From Escherichia phage Lw1, in sequence record KC801932: a DNA stretch of 64,000 bases, one strand, 5' to 3'. A program made the translations under genes and the position numbers. The notes under the pieces are model-generated. The model ran no database searches and was not told where the DNA came from. It saw only the letters and a list, made by a program, of their open reading frames with translations. This document shows positions 44,751 through 54,204 of the stretch, piece after piece (position 1 is the first letter of the stretch; every line of letters starts with the position of its first letter).

Positions 44751-45809
44751 TTAAAGTCCAGTAAACGCAACGATAATCTGATAGTGGTCATCGAAGAACT
44801 CACCACGTTTCTGTTTGACTTCGTGCATAGGCATCCAGAACGCCTCTGCTGCATCGTCAGCGCCTCCCATAATACGGGGCAGACTTCCATCATTGTTAGG
44901 CTCTAACTTGATGTATTGCGCTACAGTCGGTTTTGAGAAGTGTACGGAACGCTTCGGATGGTCGAACAGCATAGAATTGCGGATTGAACCACGGATAACC
45001 TTTTCAGGAACCTTGATCCGAACTTCTTCGAGCAATTCGCGGATCGCACAATCCAGGAACGTTTCATTCGCGTTTTTGTGTCCACCTGGCAGGGCTAATG
45101 CGCCTTTACCTGGTGCAAACTTACGACGAATCACTAACACATGGTTATTACAAACAACCACGCTATCACCAGTACAACAGTTTAACGCGTCGGGGTATGG
45201 GTACGCTTTGAACTTCTCCAGTTCATCTTCCCATTTCTCGAACTCGTAGTACAAGCGCCAGAACGTATCGGTCATCATCCATCCGTTAAGAGAACCCACG
45301 ACAGCAGCAGGAACATAACGGGCGATCTTCTCGTCCCATCCATTTTTATGTAAAAAGATGGTTGGACGCAGGTCGGTAGCAGATAAATCTTTGCCGTCAA
45401 CCTTAACCGGATCAACCGGAACATGAGTCCATCCGAACGCTTTAAGCCAGTACGAATCAGCATCTTTTTCGTAACCGTAGATCGCGATGTTATCGCCTTT
45501 GGTTTCGTCGATTGCTGTACGAACAGAGGTTTTCCATTTTTCTTCATTGTAAAGGTAATCTGGAATCGGCTTGAATTGCACACGGGCTACATCTTCGTAT
45601 TTGAACTCAGACAGTAACCAGCTTGTAATCATACGTTCCCGTTCGGTTGCCGTCAGCGGGTTTAAAACGTTAGGGTAAGCATAAGCTGAACCCAGGAGGA
45701 TATAAACGGTCTTCGACTCTTCCAGTGCTTTACGCACCATTGCCGCGTGACCATTATGGAAGGGTTGGAATCTGCCAATTACGACAGCTTTATCAAATTT
45801 GTATTTCAT
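44751..45809 (-). CDS. natV: Bifunctional NMN adenylyltransferase / Nudix hydrolase (NadM-Nudix, NatV-like)
   Basis: N-terminal GRFQPFHNGH nucleotidyltransferase motif; C-terminal Nudix box GGHKNANETFLDCAIRELLEEV; start at ATG 45809 with GGAG RBS. Confidence 0.8.
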   Translation of the reverse strand: MKYKFDKAVVIGRFQPFHNGHAAMVRKALEESKTVYILLGSAYAYPNVLNPLTATERERMITSWLLSEFKYEDVARVQFKPIPDYLYNEEKWKTSVRTAIDETKGDNIAIYGYEKDADSYWLKAFGWTHVPVDPVKVDGKDLSATDLRPTIFLHKNGWDEKIARYVPAAVVGSLNGWMMTDTFWRLYYEFEKWEDELEKFKAYPYPDALNCCTGDSVVVCNNHVLVIRRKFAPGKGALALPGGHKNANETFLDCAIRELLEEVRIKVPEKVIRGSIRNSMLFDHPKRSVHFSKPTVAQYIKLEPNNDGSLPRIMGGADDAAEAFWMPMHEVKQKRGEFFDDHYQIIVAFTGL

Positions 45810-45956
45810 AACGTGCTCCACGTTTAAAGGGTAATCATAAAACAGACGCAATAATCAATACACCAAGCAAACCGCCAATAAAGCCGAAGAATAGCGAAAT
45901 GAAGATAGATAAGATGATCTGTTTTATGTTCATTATAGTATTCTCGTTCTAAGAAT

Positions 45957-45982
45957 CAAGCCCCCAGTGCGGGGGCTTTAAA
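45957..45982 (-). terminator. Hairpin terminator after SPFH gene
   Basis: Minus-strand aaagcccccgcactgggggctt stem-loop. Confidence 0.45.
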
Positions 45983-45985
45983 ATC

Positions 45986-46912
45986 TTATTTACGGGAATC
46001 GAAAATCACTTTACCAGCGTAATCCGAACCCATGACAGTCTGAGGTACACCACCTTTATAACGGGTAGAGTAGTTCATCTGTACATCCAGTTCTTTCCAG
46101 CGGATCATTTCTGGGGTAATTGTGCGTTGCAGTACGGCGTTAGCCTCCGCTTCTTTCTTCGCTGCGTACAGTTTAGCATCAGCATCACGTTCGTTGGCAA
46201 TCGCATCGTTTTCACGCGCCTGACGATTTGCTTCCGCTTGTTTTACCTGTTGCTGTGAAGTCTGTTCGACTTTTGCCAGTTCCGCACGAGCGGCGTTAAC
46301 CTGTTCTTCACGAATTTTCGTGTTAGTTACCTGTTCCATGATAACATCCGGCAGGGTGATATCCTGCAAGAATACCTGTTTCACGGTGTAACCGTAAGGA
46401 CGCGCATACTCTTCGACTTCCTGTTGAATTGCGGTCTGCAACTGGTTCTGGATCTTAGCATCAAACAGATCCTGTGCTTTTGGAACCGATTTGCCGAACT
46501 CGCGAACGGTTGACAGCAGTTTTTCGGTTACATACTTATCCAGTGCCTGTTCCTGGTCTCCCGCGTTGATGCGGTTGATAGGCGCTTTGTTACCGTCAAA
46601 TTGCAGCATAACGGTCATATCAACAGTGGATTTAAACTTATCCTGTGAAGGAACCTGCAATTTATCGAACTTCTTCGCAATGTCTTTCGTGCTGAAAGTA
46701 TCGAAATCAGCCAGCGGGTTTACGATATGGAAACCAGGCAGTACAGGTTTCGGAGAAACCTTACCCATGAAGGTCTGAGTTTTGACCGTGCCGTCCTGTA
46801 CTACTGTAAAGGAGTTCGGAACCAGCCACAGTGCGGCTACTACGCCCAGAGCGATCAGAGTGGTTTTCTTCGGGTTGTTCAGGATAGTATTCATATTCAT
46901 AGTATGTCTCAT
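45986..46912 (-). CDS. SPFH / band-7 (HflK/C, stomatin-like) membrane protein
   Basis: N-terminal TM helix, SPFH core, long Ala/Glu/Gln coiled-coil C-terminus typical of HflK/C. Confidence 0.65.
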   Translation of the reverse strand: MRHTMNMNTILNNPKKTTLIALGVVAALWLVPNSFTVVQDGTVKTQTFMGKVSPKPVLPGFHIVNPLADFDTFSTKDIAKKFDKLQVPSQDKFKSTVDMTVMLQFDGNKAPINRINAGDQEQALDKYVTEKLLSTVREFGKSVPKAQDLFDAKIQNQLQTAIQQEVEEYARPYGYTVKQVFLQDITLPDVIMEQVTNTKIREEQVNAARAELAKVEQTSQQQVKQAEANRQARENDAIANERDADAKLYAAKKEAEANAVLQRTITPEMIRWKELDVQMNYSTRYKGGVPQTVMGSDYAGKVIFDSRK

Positions 46913-46976
46913 TTAAGTTTATGTTTCAATTCGATAGTTATTCTATCATCACCATTCAGCTTGTCAAATACTTTTT

Positions 46977-47360
46977 TTAAGAAAGTTTTGTCAGCTTGTA
47001 AATCGTTTGATAGCACAAGCCTTTTATCTCGTCCAGGATGTTCTTCAATGAACTATCAACTGCGTCGTAGATTTCTTCGGCTTCGGCGGCTATTTTACGG
47101 AGATACGCTACCGTGTCAAGCACATTTTCAACTTTTAATACGGGTTTGTACCTTCCGGTAATGCCTATATGGATTTCGGTGAACTTATCGACCAGATCCT
47201 GCATATCTTCGTAAAACCCTTCATATGCTTTATGCTGTGAGTATGAACCAGTCGCAAAGTGTGCGCTGTGCATATACGTAACAGACATTAGGCATGTGCC
47301 GATAAAGGCATCGATCTTACTTGTGGTATCGCGTTCTGTAATTTCGTTAAACGTCTGCAT
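46977..47360 (-). CDS. Hypothetical protein (127 aa)
   Basis: ORF; helical. Confidence 0.4.
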   Translation of the reverse strand: MQTFNEITERDTTSKIDAFIGTCLMSVTYMHSAHFATGSYSQHKAYEGFYEDMQDLVDKFTEIHIGITGRYKPVLKVENVLDTVAYLRKIAAEAEEIYDAVDSSLKNILDEIKGLCYQTIYKLTKLS

Positions 47361-47370
47361 CTTTCATCCC

Positions 47371-47685
47371 TTATGAACGATGAATAGAAGCGAATTCAGT
47401 TGCTACCCTAAGCCCTAAGCGTTTGCATTCAGGTTCAGATTTACACTGTTTCTGCTGCCATTTTCGTTCCATATAATTATAGAAAAGTTCACTTGTATTT
47501 ACGCTGGGAGGGATGGTGTCTAGATACACCTGTAGCGCTGCATTGATGTAGTAGTCGAATTCTTTCGGTACGACTGAATCATCTGCGTGTGATGCTGGAG
47601 ACAAGATTAACAAACCAAACATCAGCGCTTTGGATATGCGTTTAATGTTCATAAGCAATTTCTCTACGTGCTTACGGATCACCAA
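47371..47685 (-). CDS. Hypothetical secreted protein (104 aa)
   Basis: N-terminal signal peptide (LLILSPASHA). Confidence 0.4.
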   Translation of the reverse strand: MVIRKHVEKLLMNIKRISKALMFGLLILSPASHADDSVVPKEFDYYINAALQVYLDTIPPSVNTSELFYNYMERKWQQKQCKSEPECKRLGLRVATEFASIHRS

Positions 47686-47712
47686 TAGACCCGTTCCTGT
47701 ATATATTTATAG

Positions 47713-47737
47713 CAAAAAAGGGGCAATAAGCCCCCTT
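47713..47737 (-). terminator. Rho-independent terminator (aagggggcttattgcccctttttt on minus strand)
   Basis: GC stem followed by T-run downstream of minus-strand tk operon. Confidence 0.5.
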
Positions 47738-47760
47738 ATGTTAAATCGATATAAAAATAA

Positions 47761-48153
47761 TCAGGTTATGTCATACCAGCATAAGCTACGCTCATATGCG
47801 CGGATCTTGTTGGCGTTTTCGATGTTTTCATCCCACCCAATTACACCAGCTTTCATCCGGCGCAATTCCTGACGCATCTTTTCACGAACTTTTGAATCTA
47901 TGCGCTTCTTTGCAATTTCGAGCATAACGGAAATGTCACCATGTGCTTTGTTACCGTCGCGGTTCACGTTCTTATCAAACCGGATATATGCGCAACCTGA
48001 TTTGTGTTTCCAATTGGTTGTATACCAACGTAAACCATCAGGGCTTTCCCCGTGTTGTGCATAATACTGTGAAAATGCTTTTGTCTCTTCGATCTGTTCG
48101 ATAGAGGACTTATCACGGGCTGGAACATATTTGTTACGGTAAGTACGGCTCAT
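47761..48153 (-). CDS. Hypothetical protein (130 aa)
   Basis: ORF downstream of tk. Confidence 0.4.
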   Translation of the reverse strand: MSRTYRNKYVPARDKSSIEQIEETKAFSQYYAQHGESPDGLRWYTTNWKHKSGCAYIRFDKNVNRDGNKAHGDISVMLEIAKKRIDSKVREKMRQELRRMKAGVIGWDENIENANKIRAYERSLCWYDIT

Positions 48154-48183
48154 AATGACTCTCCTTTGTTGTCTGATTACACC

Positions 48184-48768
48184 TTAACAGTTCACACCGA
48201 CTTTATCAAGCACCTTTTCATGATAATGCTTGCGACACAACGAAACGTATTTGTCTTCGGCTCCGATTTCGACTTGCGCCCCTTCTGTTACGAAGTTGCC
48301 TTGTGCGTCGATACGGGCGACCGTAGTTGCTTTACGTCCACAGTGACACATTCCCCTCAGTTCGCGGATCTCGTCAGCCCAGGCAAGCAACCAGTAAGAA
48401 CCCTCGAACAGATTCAACTGAAAGTCGGTACGCAACCCGTAGCACATCACAGGAATTTCGAGTTCATCGACAATACGACACAGATCGAAAACGTTTTTCT
48501 TCGAGAGGAATTGCGCTTCATCAACGAAGATACAAGAGATATTATTCCGGCGCAGGATATCCCAGAACAGATCCATTCTGGGTGCAATCAGTTCACAATT
48601 TGCACTTAGCCCAACACGAGAAGCAACAGTGTGTGATGTGCGAGTATCAAGCATAGGCTTGTAGATCACAACGTTCATACCGCGTTCTTTGTAGTTGTAT
48701 GCGTCTGTTAACAGACGCGCACTTTTGCCAGCGTTCATTGATGCGTAGTGATAATACAGTTTAGCCAT
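48184..48768 (-). CDS. tk: Thymidine kinase
   Basis: 194 aa; P-loop MNAGKSA, FVDEAQF, C-terminal zinc ribbon CHCG ... SLCRKH; close to remembered T4 Tk. Confidence 0.9.
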   Translation of the reverse strand: MAKLYYHYASMNAGKSARLLTDAYNYKERGMNVVIYKPMLDTRTSHTVASRVGLSANCELIAPRMDLFWDILRRNNISCIFVDEAQFLSKKNVFDLCRIVDELEIPVMCYGLRTDFQLNLFEGSYWLLAWADEIRELRGMCHCGRKATTVARIDAQGNFVTEGAQVEIGAEDKYVSLCRKHYHEKVLDKVGVNC

Positions 48769-48973
48769 GTTTAGCCCGTTCCTCTGCTACTGCATCAAAC
48801 ACCGCGTCTTCAACTTCTTTTTCGACGAATGAAATGATTTCATCAACCATGCGATCGATGTATAATTGGTTGACATTGCGCGAATCTGGATCATCTTCTG
48901 CTGCATAATCCTGGTAAAGTTCTCCCAGTTCTTTCAGCTTGTGTTTTAACACTTTTTCTTCTTGAACTCTCAT
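48761..48973 (-). CDS. Hypothetical acidic protein (70 aa)
   Basis: Coupled ORF upstream of tk. Confidence 0.35.
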   Translation of the reverse strand: MRVQEEKVLKHKLKELGELYQDYAAEDDPDSRNVNQLYIDRMVDEIISFVEKEVEDAVFDAVAEERAKHG

Positions 48974-49142
48974 TCTCTCGCCTCTTTACGTTCTTTATCG
49001 ATTAAGTCATCAACGAAACTGACAATATCATCCCACCAGTCCAATGCTTCCTGTGATGCTTTCGCGTCACCTTCGAGGAAACGATCGCGGGACTTTACGA
49101 AGTTCTCTACTTTCTTATAGAGTTTTTCTTTATCTGCGTTGA

Positions 49143-49619
49143 TCATAATTCCACCTTACGCATATCAATAGACGGATCGAAGTGTACCACGATGGTCGGA
49201 TAGTCGCCAGTAGAATCGTTTATAATGTCTTTAATGCGTTCCCAGTCGCCTCCAGCAAGCCCCGCACCAATAAGAGGGTAACGTTCAGGACACGCCCTGG
49301 CGCTTTCCACGGCGCTTTCAAAGCATGAACGGATTGCGTCGTAATCCACTTGTGGGCCAGCACCCCAGAACTTAAACTGGGTATAGGCGTTGAACACCAT
49401 ACGACCATCCTCTTGAACATAAACAGAGTTACGGCCCAGTTTTTTCTGGTTGCCTTTAAGCGTCATTGCATCCATTCGAAACGCGCCAGGGATTTTCTTC
49501 TTTACTTCTTTTGCAATCCCCGCACCCATATTACAGAAGCAGTTACACCCATGAATCAGGTGTACGTCACGACGAAGGAACAACTCAACAGCGTTCCCTT
49601 TAATCTCTTTGATAATCAT
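49143..49619 (-). CDS. Macro domain protein (ADP-ribose binding / hydrolase)
   Basis: Macro-like glycine-rich motifs (GCNCFCNMGAGIA, IGAGLAGGDW). Confidence 0.7.
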   Translation of the reverse strand: MIIKEIKGNAVELFLRRDVHLIHGCNCFCNMGAGIAKEVKKKIPGAFRMDAMTLKGNQKKLGRNSVYVQEDGRMVFNAYTQFKFWGAGPQVDYDAIRSCFESAVESARACPERYPLIGAGLAGGDWERIKDIINDSTGDYPTIVVHFDPSIDMRKVEL

Positions 49620-49850
49620 TCTTTATTACCCATTTTATAGCCGATCCCAATGACCAGCCCCATCAAAATAACCGCGCTTATCAAAAGCGCGAATTGTAGA
49701 CCTATGCTCATTTAAATTGATCGTCCCATAGTTGCCACGCTTCCAGTTCATCATTGTATTCAGGGAGTGAACGTTCCCCTGGTTTCTTGACGTAATACCA
49801 GATAATGATAGCAACGGCGATAACAGTACCGTAAAAGATAATTAATCCCA

Positions 49851-50177
49851 TTAGTATAATCCTATTCCGGCGTTATATTCATCCACCAGATAGGTACGCA
49901 GTTTTTCGCAGCGTTCCTTATTCGGTGCGCGGGTACAGAGTTTCATCATTGGTTCAGACTGCAAGAACTCGCGTTGTTTAGCCAGCTTTTGACGTTTGTA
50001 CAAGTGCGCGTTTTCTTCGCCCCACACATAAGCCGCGTCCAGTTGTTCCGCGATCACCTGGTAACATACCACAGTATCTTTAATGTCTCGATGGTCGCAG
50101 AGTTCAGACAGACGGTTGTCATCAACAGCGAACACGGAACCAGAAACCAAAGTCAGCAACAGCGCAAGTTTTTTCAT
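49851..50177 (-). CDS. Hypothetical periplasmic protein (108 aa)
   Basis: Signal peptide MKKLALLLTLVSGSVFA. Confidence 0.4.
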   Translation of the reverse strand: MKKLALLLTLVSGSVFAVDDNRLSELCDHRDIKDTVVCYQVIAEQLDAAYVWGEENAHLYKRQKLAKQREFLQSEPMMKLCTRAPNKERCEKLRTYLVDEYNAGIGLY

Positions 50178-50179
50178 TA

Positions 50180-50581
50180 TTACTCTCCAAGTACGTAAAC
50201 AAAGCGGTCTTCGATTGAATCGTTAACACATTCGTAAATTCCCCCAGCGCGTACAGCTTTACGAATGCCGGATTTTACGATTTCCATGATCTCTTTGTTG
50301 CTTCCCCATACATTCAAATTGAAGTATAGCGCACATTCGATTGGATAGTCTTCTACGTTGCGATACACATCATCACTTTCACATACAAACAGTATGCGCT
50401 TTTCTTCTCCATATTCGAAGTAAATGCTAAACGCGTTCATACTGTTTTTATCAACAGTGATTTGAGTGATTTTAACGTTCGGTTTGCTTTTGAGTTCAGC
50501 AAGAACACTCTGAATAATAGATAACGCATTCAGTTTAATAAGTCCGCATTTTCCTACAATAACACGATGTGATGTACTCAT
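50180..50581 (-). CDS. Hypothetical protein (133 aa)
   Basis: ORF downstream of hairpin-promoter at 50610. Confidence 0.4.
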   Translation of the reverse strand: MSTSHRVIVGKCGLIKLNALSIIQSVLAELKSKPNVKITQITVDKNSMNAFSIYFEYGEEKRILFVCESDDVYRNVEDYPIECALYFNLNVWGSNKEIMEIVKSGIRKAVRAGGIYECVNDSIEDRFVYVLGE

Positions 50582-50609
50582 AATTCAACCCTCAATAGTT
50601 GGTACACAC

Positions 50610-50640
50610 ATAATAAAAAAGCCCCTGCAAAAATGCAAGG
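50610..50640 (-). promoter_or_regulatory. Terminator hairpin doubling as promoter spacer (TTGCAT-17-TATTAT)
   Basis: Minus strand: -35 50633-50638, -10 50610-50615; spacer forms hairpin gcccttgca/tgcaggggc followed by T-run. Confidence 0.4.
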
Positions 50641-50648
50641 GCTTTCGA

Positions 50649-51296
50649 TTAAATAATTTGCTTTTCTTCTAACAGTTTCGCGGTATGGTTAACCATGCGA
50701 GCATAATCACGGGCTTCTTTCTTCGTATACTTGAAGCCAGCGTTATAGCTTGCCAGCGCCTTTTTCAAGTCGCCTTTGTGGTAATCAAGCCAGTATTCCA
50801 GTTCATGAATGGCAAACTTAGAACCTCCCCGAAGGGATTCGAGCTTATTGATTACTACGCGTTTGGAATATGATTTATCCATCCGTGCGGAAGCACTGTT
50901 TACAGTGACTTGCCAACAGCCATAAGCATGATGACCTTTTTTGCCCTTTCCGGTGTTCTCACATGCGCGAGATTCGATCCAGGCAATAGCCGCTAAATGA
51001 TATCCCAAACGTTTCGATTTTTCTTTTTCAGCAGGTTTTGCAGTCGTTAGATCATAGTCGTTGCCAACTCTGAAAGCATACTCCAAAACCTTTTTCTGCT
51101 TTGGTGTAATTTCGTCCAATTCCTTGACATATGCAGGGGCATTGGCTGGTGCTTTCTTGATCACTGTTGCCTGTTGAAGCGGAAGTGTTGACTGAACAGC
51201 AGGAAGTTTTTCGATGAATTCTCCTAGCGGATCTGTCTTTGCGTGACCAGAAAAAGAGCATAAGAAAATGCTGGTCGCTAAAATAATTTTCTTCAT
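50649..51296 (-). CDS. Lytic transglycosylase-like protein with signal peptide
   Basis: Signal peptide; SLT-like catalytic region (AIAWIESR) and YNAG motif. Confidence 0.5.
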   Translation of the reverse strand: MKKIILATSIFLCSFSGHAKTDPLGEFIEKLPAVQSTLPLQQATVIKKAPANAPAYVKELDEITPKQKKVLEYAFRVGNDYDLTTAKPAEKEKSKRLGYHLAAIAWIESRACENTGKGKKGHHAYGCWQVTVNSASARMDKSYSKRVVINKLESLRGGSKFAIHELEYWLDYHKGDLKKALASYNAGFKYTKKEARDYARMVNHTAKLLEEKQII

Positions 51297-51356
51297 TGAT
51301 TAGTACCTTTTGTAACAAGAGAGGGCAATGATACCCTCACCTTATTATTTACGCAA

Positions 51357-51917
51357 CTAAAATTCTGGTTCTTCCGACTCACCCAGTTTATTGATGATGA
51401 ATTCAGCAACGTTATAGTTTGAAATCGACTTATTGGGATCGTACAGGGAAACGAGTTTTTCGAAAGATACTTGTACGACTTTCTTAAAGTGGACACCCCA
51501 GTTAGTAAAAAAGATCTCACTATTATCGAAACCACAATCAGGACTGAATAAAGCGCGATACTTATATCCGCTATAACCTTCCAGTCGGCTACTATGGTGT
51601 GCGTTACTGGTGATAAGGAAACGCCCCTGATGTGTTTCAACAACATAAAAGAAACCCAGACGTTCTTTATCATCAAATATACTGACAAATTTACGATGTG
51701 ATTCCTCGCGTTCAACACGGGTTTCAATGGCTTTCCATGTTGGTTCGTATTCAGGCCAGTCGTGTTCAACAACAACAGCCTTTAACGGTTCTTTACCATC
51801 ACGGGAACGCTGGCGTTCAACCCGTCGCGCAATAAAACGCAACTTTAGTTGGTCTTCGTATGACATTTTATCTACATCAGACAGTTTGATCACGATATAC
51901 TTTTGTTCGCGTTCCAT
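51357..51917 (-). CDS. Hypothetical protein (186 aa)
   Basis: ORF; TAATG-coupled to upstream Zn-ribbon ORF. Confidence 0.4.
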   Translation of the reverse strand: MEREQKYIVIKLSDVDKMSYEDQLKLRFIARRVERQRSRDGKEPLKAVVVEHDWPEYEPTWKAIETRVEREESHRKFVSIFDDKERLGFFYVVETHQGRFLITSNAHHSSRLEGYSGYKYRALFSPDCGFDNSEIFFTNWGVHFKKVVQVSFEKLVSLYDPNKSISNYNVAEFIINKLGESEEPEF

Positions 51918-52093
51918 TATTTCACCACGATTTTATTATGACAGATAGGACAGGTGATCATTCTGTAGGTATCACGACCACCAGTGTAATCAGTATGCGT
52001 TTCTTCACGCACGTCTGTAGCATCATAGGAAAGAAGTGTTTCACATTTCCGACAGATCACTTCTTTTGGTTGCATCTTAACGACTTGTACCAT
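51917..52093 (-). CDS. Small zinc-ribbon protein (approx 58 aa), paralog 1
   Basis: Hand-translated ORF below ORF-track size cutoff: CRKC ... ITCPIC; similar to next ORF. Confidence 0.35.
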   Translation of the reverse strand: MVQVVKMQPKEVICRKCETLLSYDATDVREETHTDYTGGRDTYRMITCPICHNKIVVK

Positions 52094-52100
52094 AATAACC

Positions 52101-52298
52101 TCAGTTCAGATTTAAGTTGACTTTACTACCGCACTTAGGGCAGGTAATGAACTTCTTCACGATGTAGTCAGCAGGACTATAAAACCCGTTGTAAATGGTT
52201 ACTGTCTTGCTTTGAATGTCTTCCAGTTCGTATTCTAACCCAGTACGACAGGATTCACAAACAGTAATTAATTTTGGCGAAACGATAATTTTGATCAT
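52101..52298 (-). CDS. Small zinc-ribbon protein (approx 65 aa), paralog 2
   Basis: CESC ... ITCPKC; start placed at ATG 52298 (MIKIIV). Confidence 0.4.
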   Translation of the reverse strand: MIKIIVSPKLITVCESCRTGLEYELEDIQSKTVTIYNGFYSPADYIVKKFITCPKCGSKVNLNLN

Positions 52299-52335
52299 GT
52301 ATACCTCACGAAAAAAGGGGCCGAAGCCCCTTTGA

Positions 52336-53679
52336 TTAAAAGTTGTCTTCGACGAATGCTGCCAGGCGTCCACGATACACAGTATTCAGGATTATGTGAC
52401 TAGCATGGTCATATTCTTTAAGTTTTTCAACAGCATAGACAAAACCGTTGTTTACAGCAGTGTTTCGCGGGTTGTCAATCTGCTTAATATTCCCGCATAG
52501 TATCAGAAGTGTATTCTCTCCGCAACGGGAAATAATGGATTTTATTTCATGGTTGCTCAAGTTTTGACATTCGTCAACAATCAGCACTGAACCTTTACCA
52601 GGATCTGGGTGTCCGATAGAACGCCCACGGAAGTAATACAGGCTAGGGAACTGCACCACGCCTTTTTCCAGAAGTCCTTCAACGTACTTGTCAACTTCCG
52701 GTTGATCCTTAAACAGAATATTCAGGCTCGTGATACACGGTTCAACCGATGGTCGGAGTTTTTCACCCAGAGTACCAGGCAAGAACCCTATTTCACCAGA
52801 CAGCGGACTATCTGCCTTGACATACATCAGGTTTGCGAAGTGTCCCGCGTTAACCATGTGCATTGCGCCAGCAACCGCCAGCATTGTTTTACCCGAACCC
52901 GCCGCACCCATGATGGTCACAACGTCATTGTTCTTGTCCAGGATCGCATCAACGAATGACGCTTGCAGAGCATCGCGGGGCTGAATTGTTTTCATCAGCT
53001 TACGCTTTAACGCTTGTTCGTGCTTAATAGGCAACACTTCAAGCTGAAACTCTCCAGCAGCCACCACACGCCCTACAATCTCACCATCCGATAGAATGTA
53101 TTGGTTAGGGTAGAAATCCGCGTCAGGAAGCGATGAATACGTTATAACGGCAACAGGCCCGACATACTCCATGACTTCGACAGTTTCCCAGAACAGCGGC
53201 AGGTCGATATAACCTGAATACAACACATCACTATCTTTCAGCGAGTCATCGCCAGTGTATTGAAGAACCGGACAACCTTTAGACATCGCGATCAACAGCA
53301 TGTTAATGTCACGAGTCACCAGCGTTGCGCCCTGTTGAATACAGGTTGCAATGATCCGCGCATCCTGTTTATCGAGAGGGAACTCTTCGGGGCCGACATA
53401 ATCGACAATTTTGAGTGTTACACTTTCCGGTACTGCTGGGTTTGTTAAGTTTAACGAAACCCCTGTTTGGGTAATTGCTTCATAATTTTGTCCCAGGATT
53501 GCTTTGGACAATAGCCGGATCGCCAGTCGTGCTTCATGAGCGGTTCGCTCTTTGCTTTTCAGGTGATCCAGTTCTTCCATCGTTGCAGCAGTGATAATAA
53601 TTTCAGTATCAGGTTCGATGAAAGAGTAAACTGAATAGGGGTTCGAGATCAAAACGTTTGTATCGAGAACATATTTCAT
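52336..53679 (-). CDS. phoH: PIN-PhoH fusion protein (PhoH2/YlaK-like ATPase)
   Basis: N-terminal PIN (MKYVLDTNVLIS), C-terminal PhoH P-loop GAAGSGKT and DEAQN-like box (VDECQN). Confidence 0.8.
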   Translation of the reverse strand: MKYVLDTNVLISNPYSVYSFIEPDTEIIITAATMEELDHLKSKERTAHEARLAIRLLSKAILGQNYEAITQTGVSLNLTNPAVPESVTLKIVDYVGPEEFPLDKQDARIIATCIQQGATLVTRDINMLLIAMSKGCPVLQYTGDDSLKDSDVLYSGYIDLPLFWETVEVMEYVGPVAVITYSSLPDADFYPNQYILSDGEIVGRVVAAGEFQLEVLPIKHEQALKRKLMKTIQPRDALQASFVDAILDKNNDVVTIMGAAGSGKTMLAVAGAMHMVNAGHFANLMYVKADSPLSGEIGFLPGTLGEKLRPSVEPCITSLNILFKDQPEVDKYVEGLLEKGVVQFPSLYYFRGRSIGHPDPGKGSVLIVDECQNLSNHEIKSIISRCGENTLLILCGNIKQIDNPRNTAVNNGFVYAVEKLKEYDHASHIILNTVYRGRLAAFVEDNF

Positions 53680-53727
53680 AGAAATTTCCTGTTAATTGCG
53701 GGAACGAGGATTCGCCCCGCACTGCAA

Positions 53728-54195
53728 TTACATACCCAAACGGATGATATGGATATATGGGAACGGGTGTAAATGGCTACGCATACAATAAGTGAGTGTG
53801 CGCACCAGTTCGTAACGTTCGTCCCTTGTTGTGTCGCATTCATCGAAAATCAGGTTGATCGCCTGATGTTCAATTCTACGACCGCGAAATATCGAATCCA
53901 GATCCTGTTTAACTGATAACAGAACTGTATTGTCGCAGTTTTTATCAAGTTCGTATCGAGTAGCACTGTCGATCGCCATATGCTTAGTCGGCGCAACGTA
54001 GATATTCAACACACCTTTTGATTGTTTGATGATATCAAACGCCGCTTTGGTTTTGCCACTCATACGCCCCATATCCAGAGCGGTTTCAAATACTGATACT
54101 TCCCCGATCTGTTCGCCCCATCGACCTTCAATGATACGGGACAGGTGCATATTTCTCGACTGCCTTACAGCGTCAACATAAAATTGTGAAATCAT
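53728..54195 (-). CDS. Hypothetical protein (155 aa)
   Basis: ORF. Confidence 0.4.
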   Translation of the reverse strand: MISQFYVDAVRQSRNMHLSRIIEGRWGEQIGEVSVFETALDMGRMSGKTKAAFDIIKQSKGVLNIYVAPTKHMAIDSATRYELDKNCDNTVLLSVKQDLDSIFRGRRIEHQAINLIFDECDTTRDERYELVRTLTYCMRSHLHPFPYIHIIRLGM

Positions 54196-54204
54196 GTTAT
54201 CGCC

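Noticed and set aside
45932-45960. TTGATT-16-TATAAT promoter immediately after the SPFH terminator
   Set aside because: The -10 hexamer overlaps the putative start codon of the 32-aa micro-ORF, so promoter and micro-ORF cannot both be as drawn; left unresolved.
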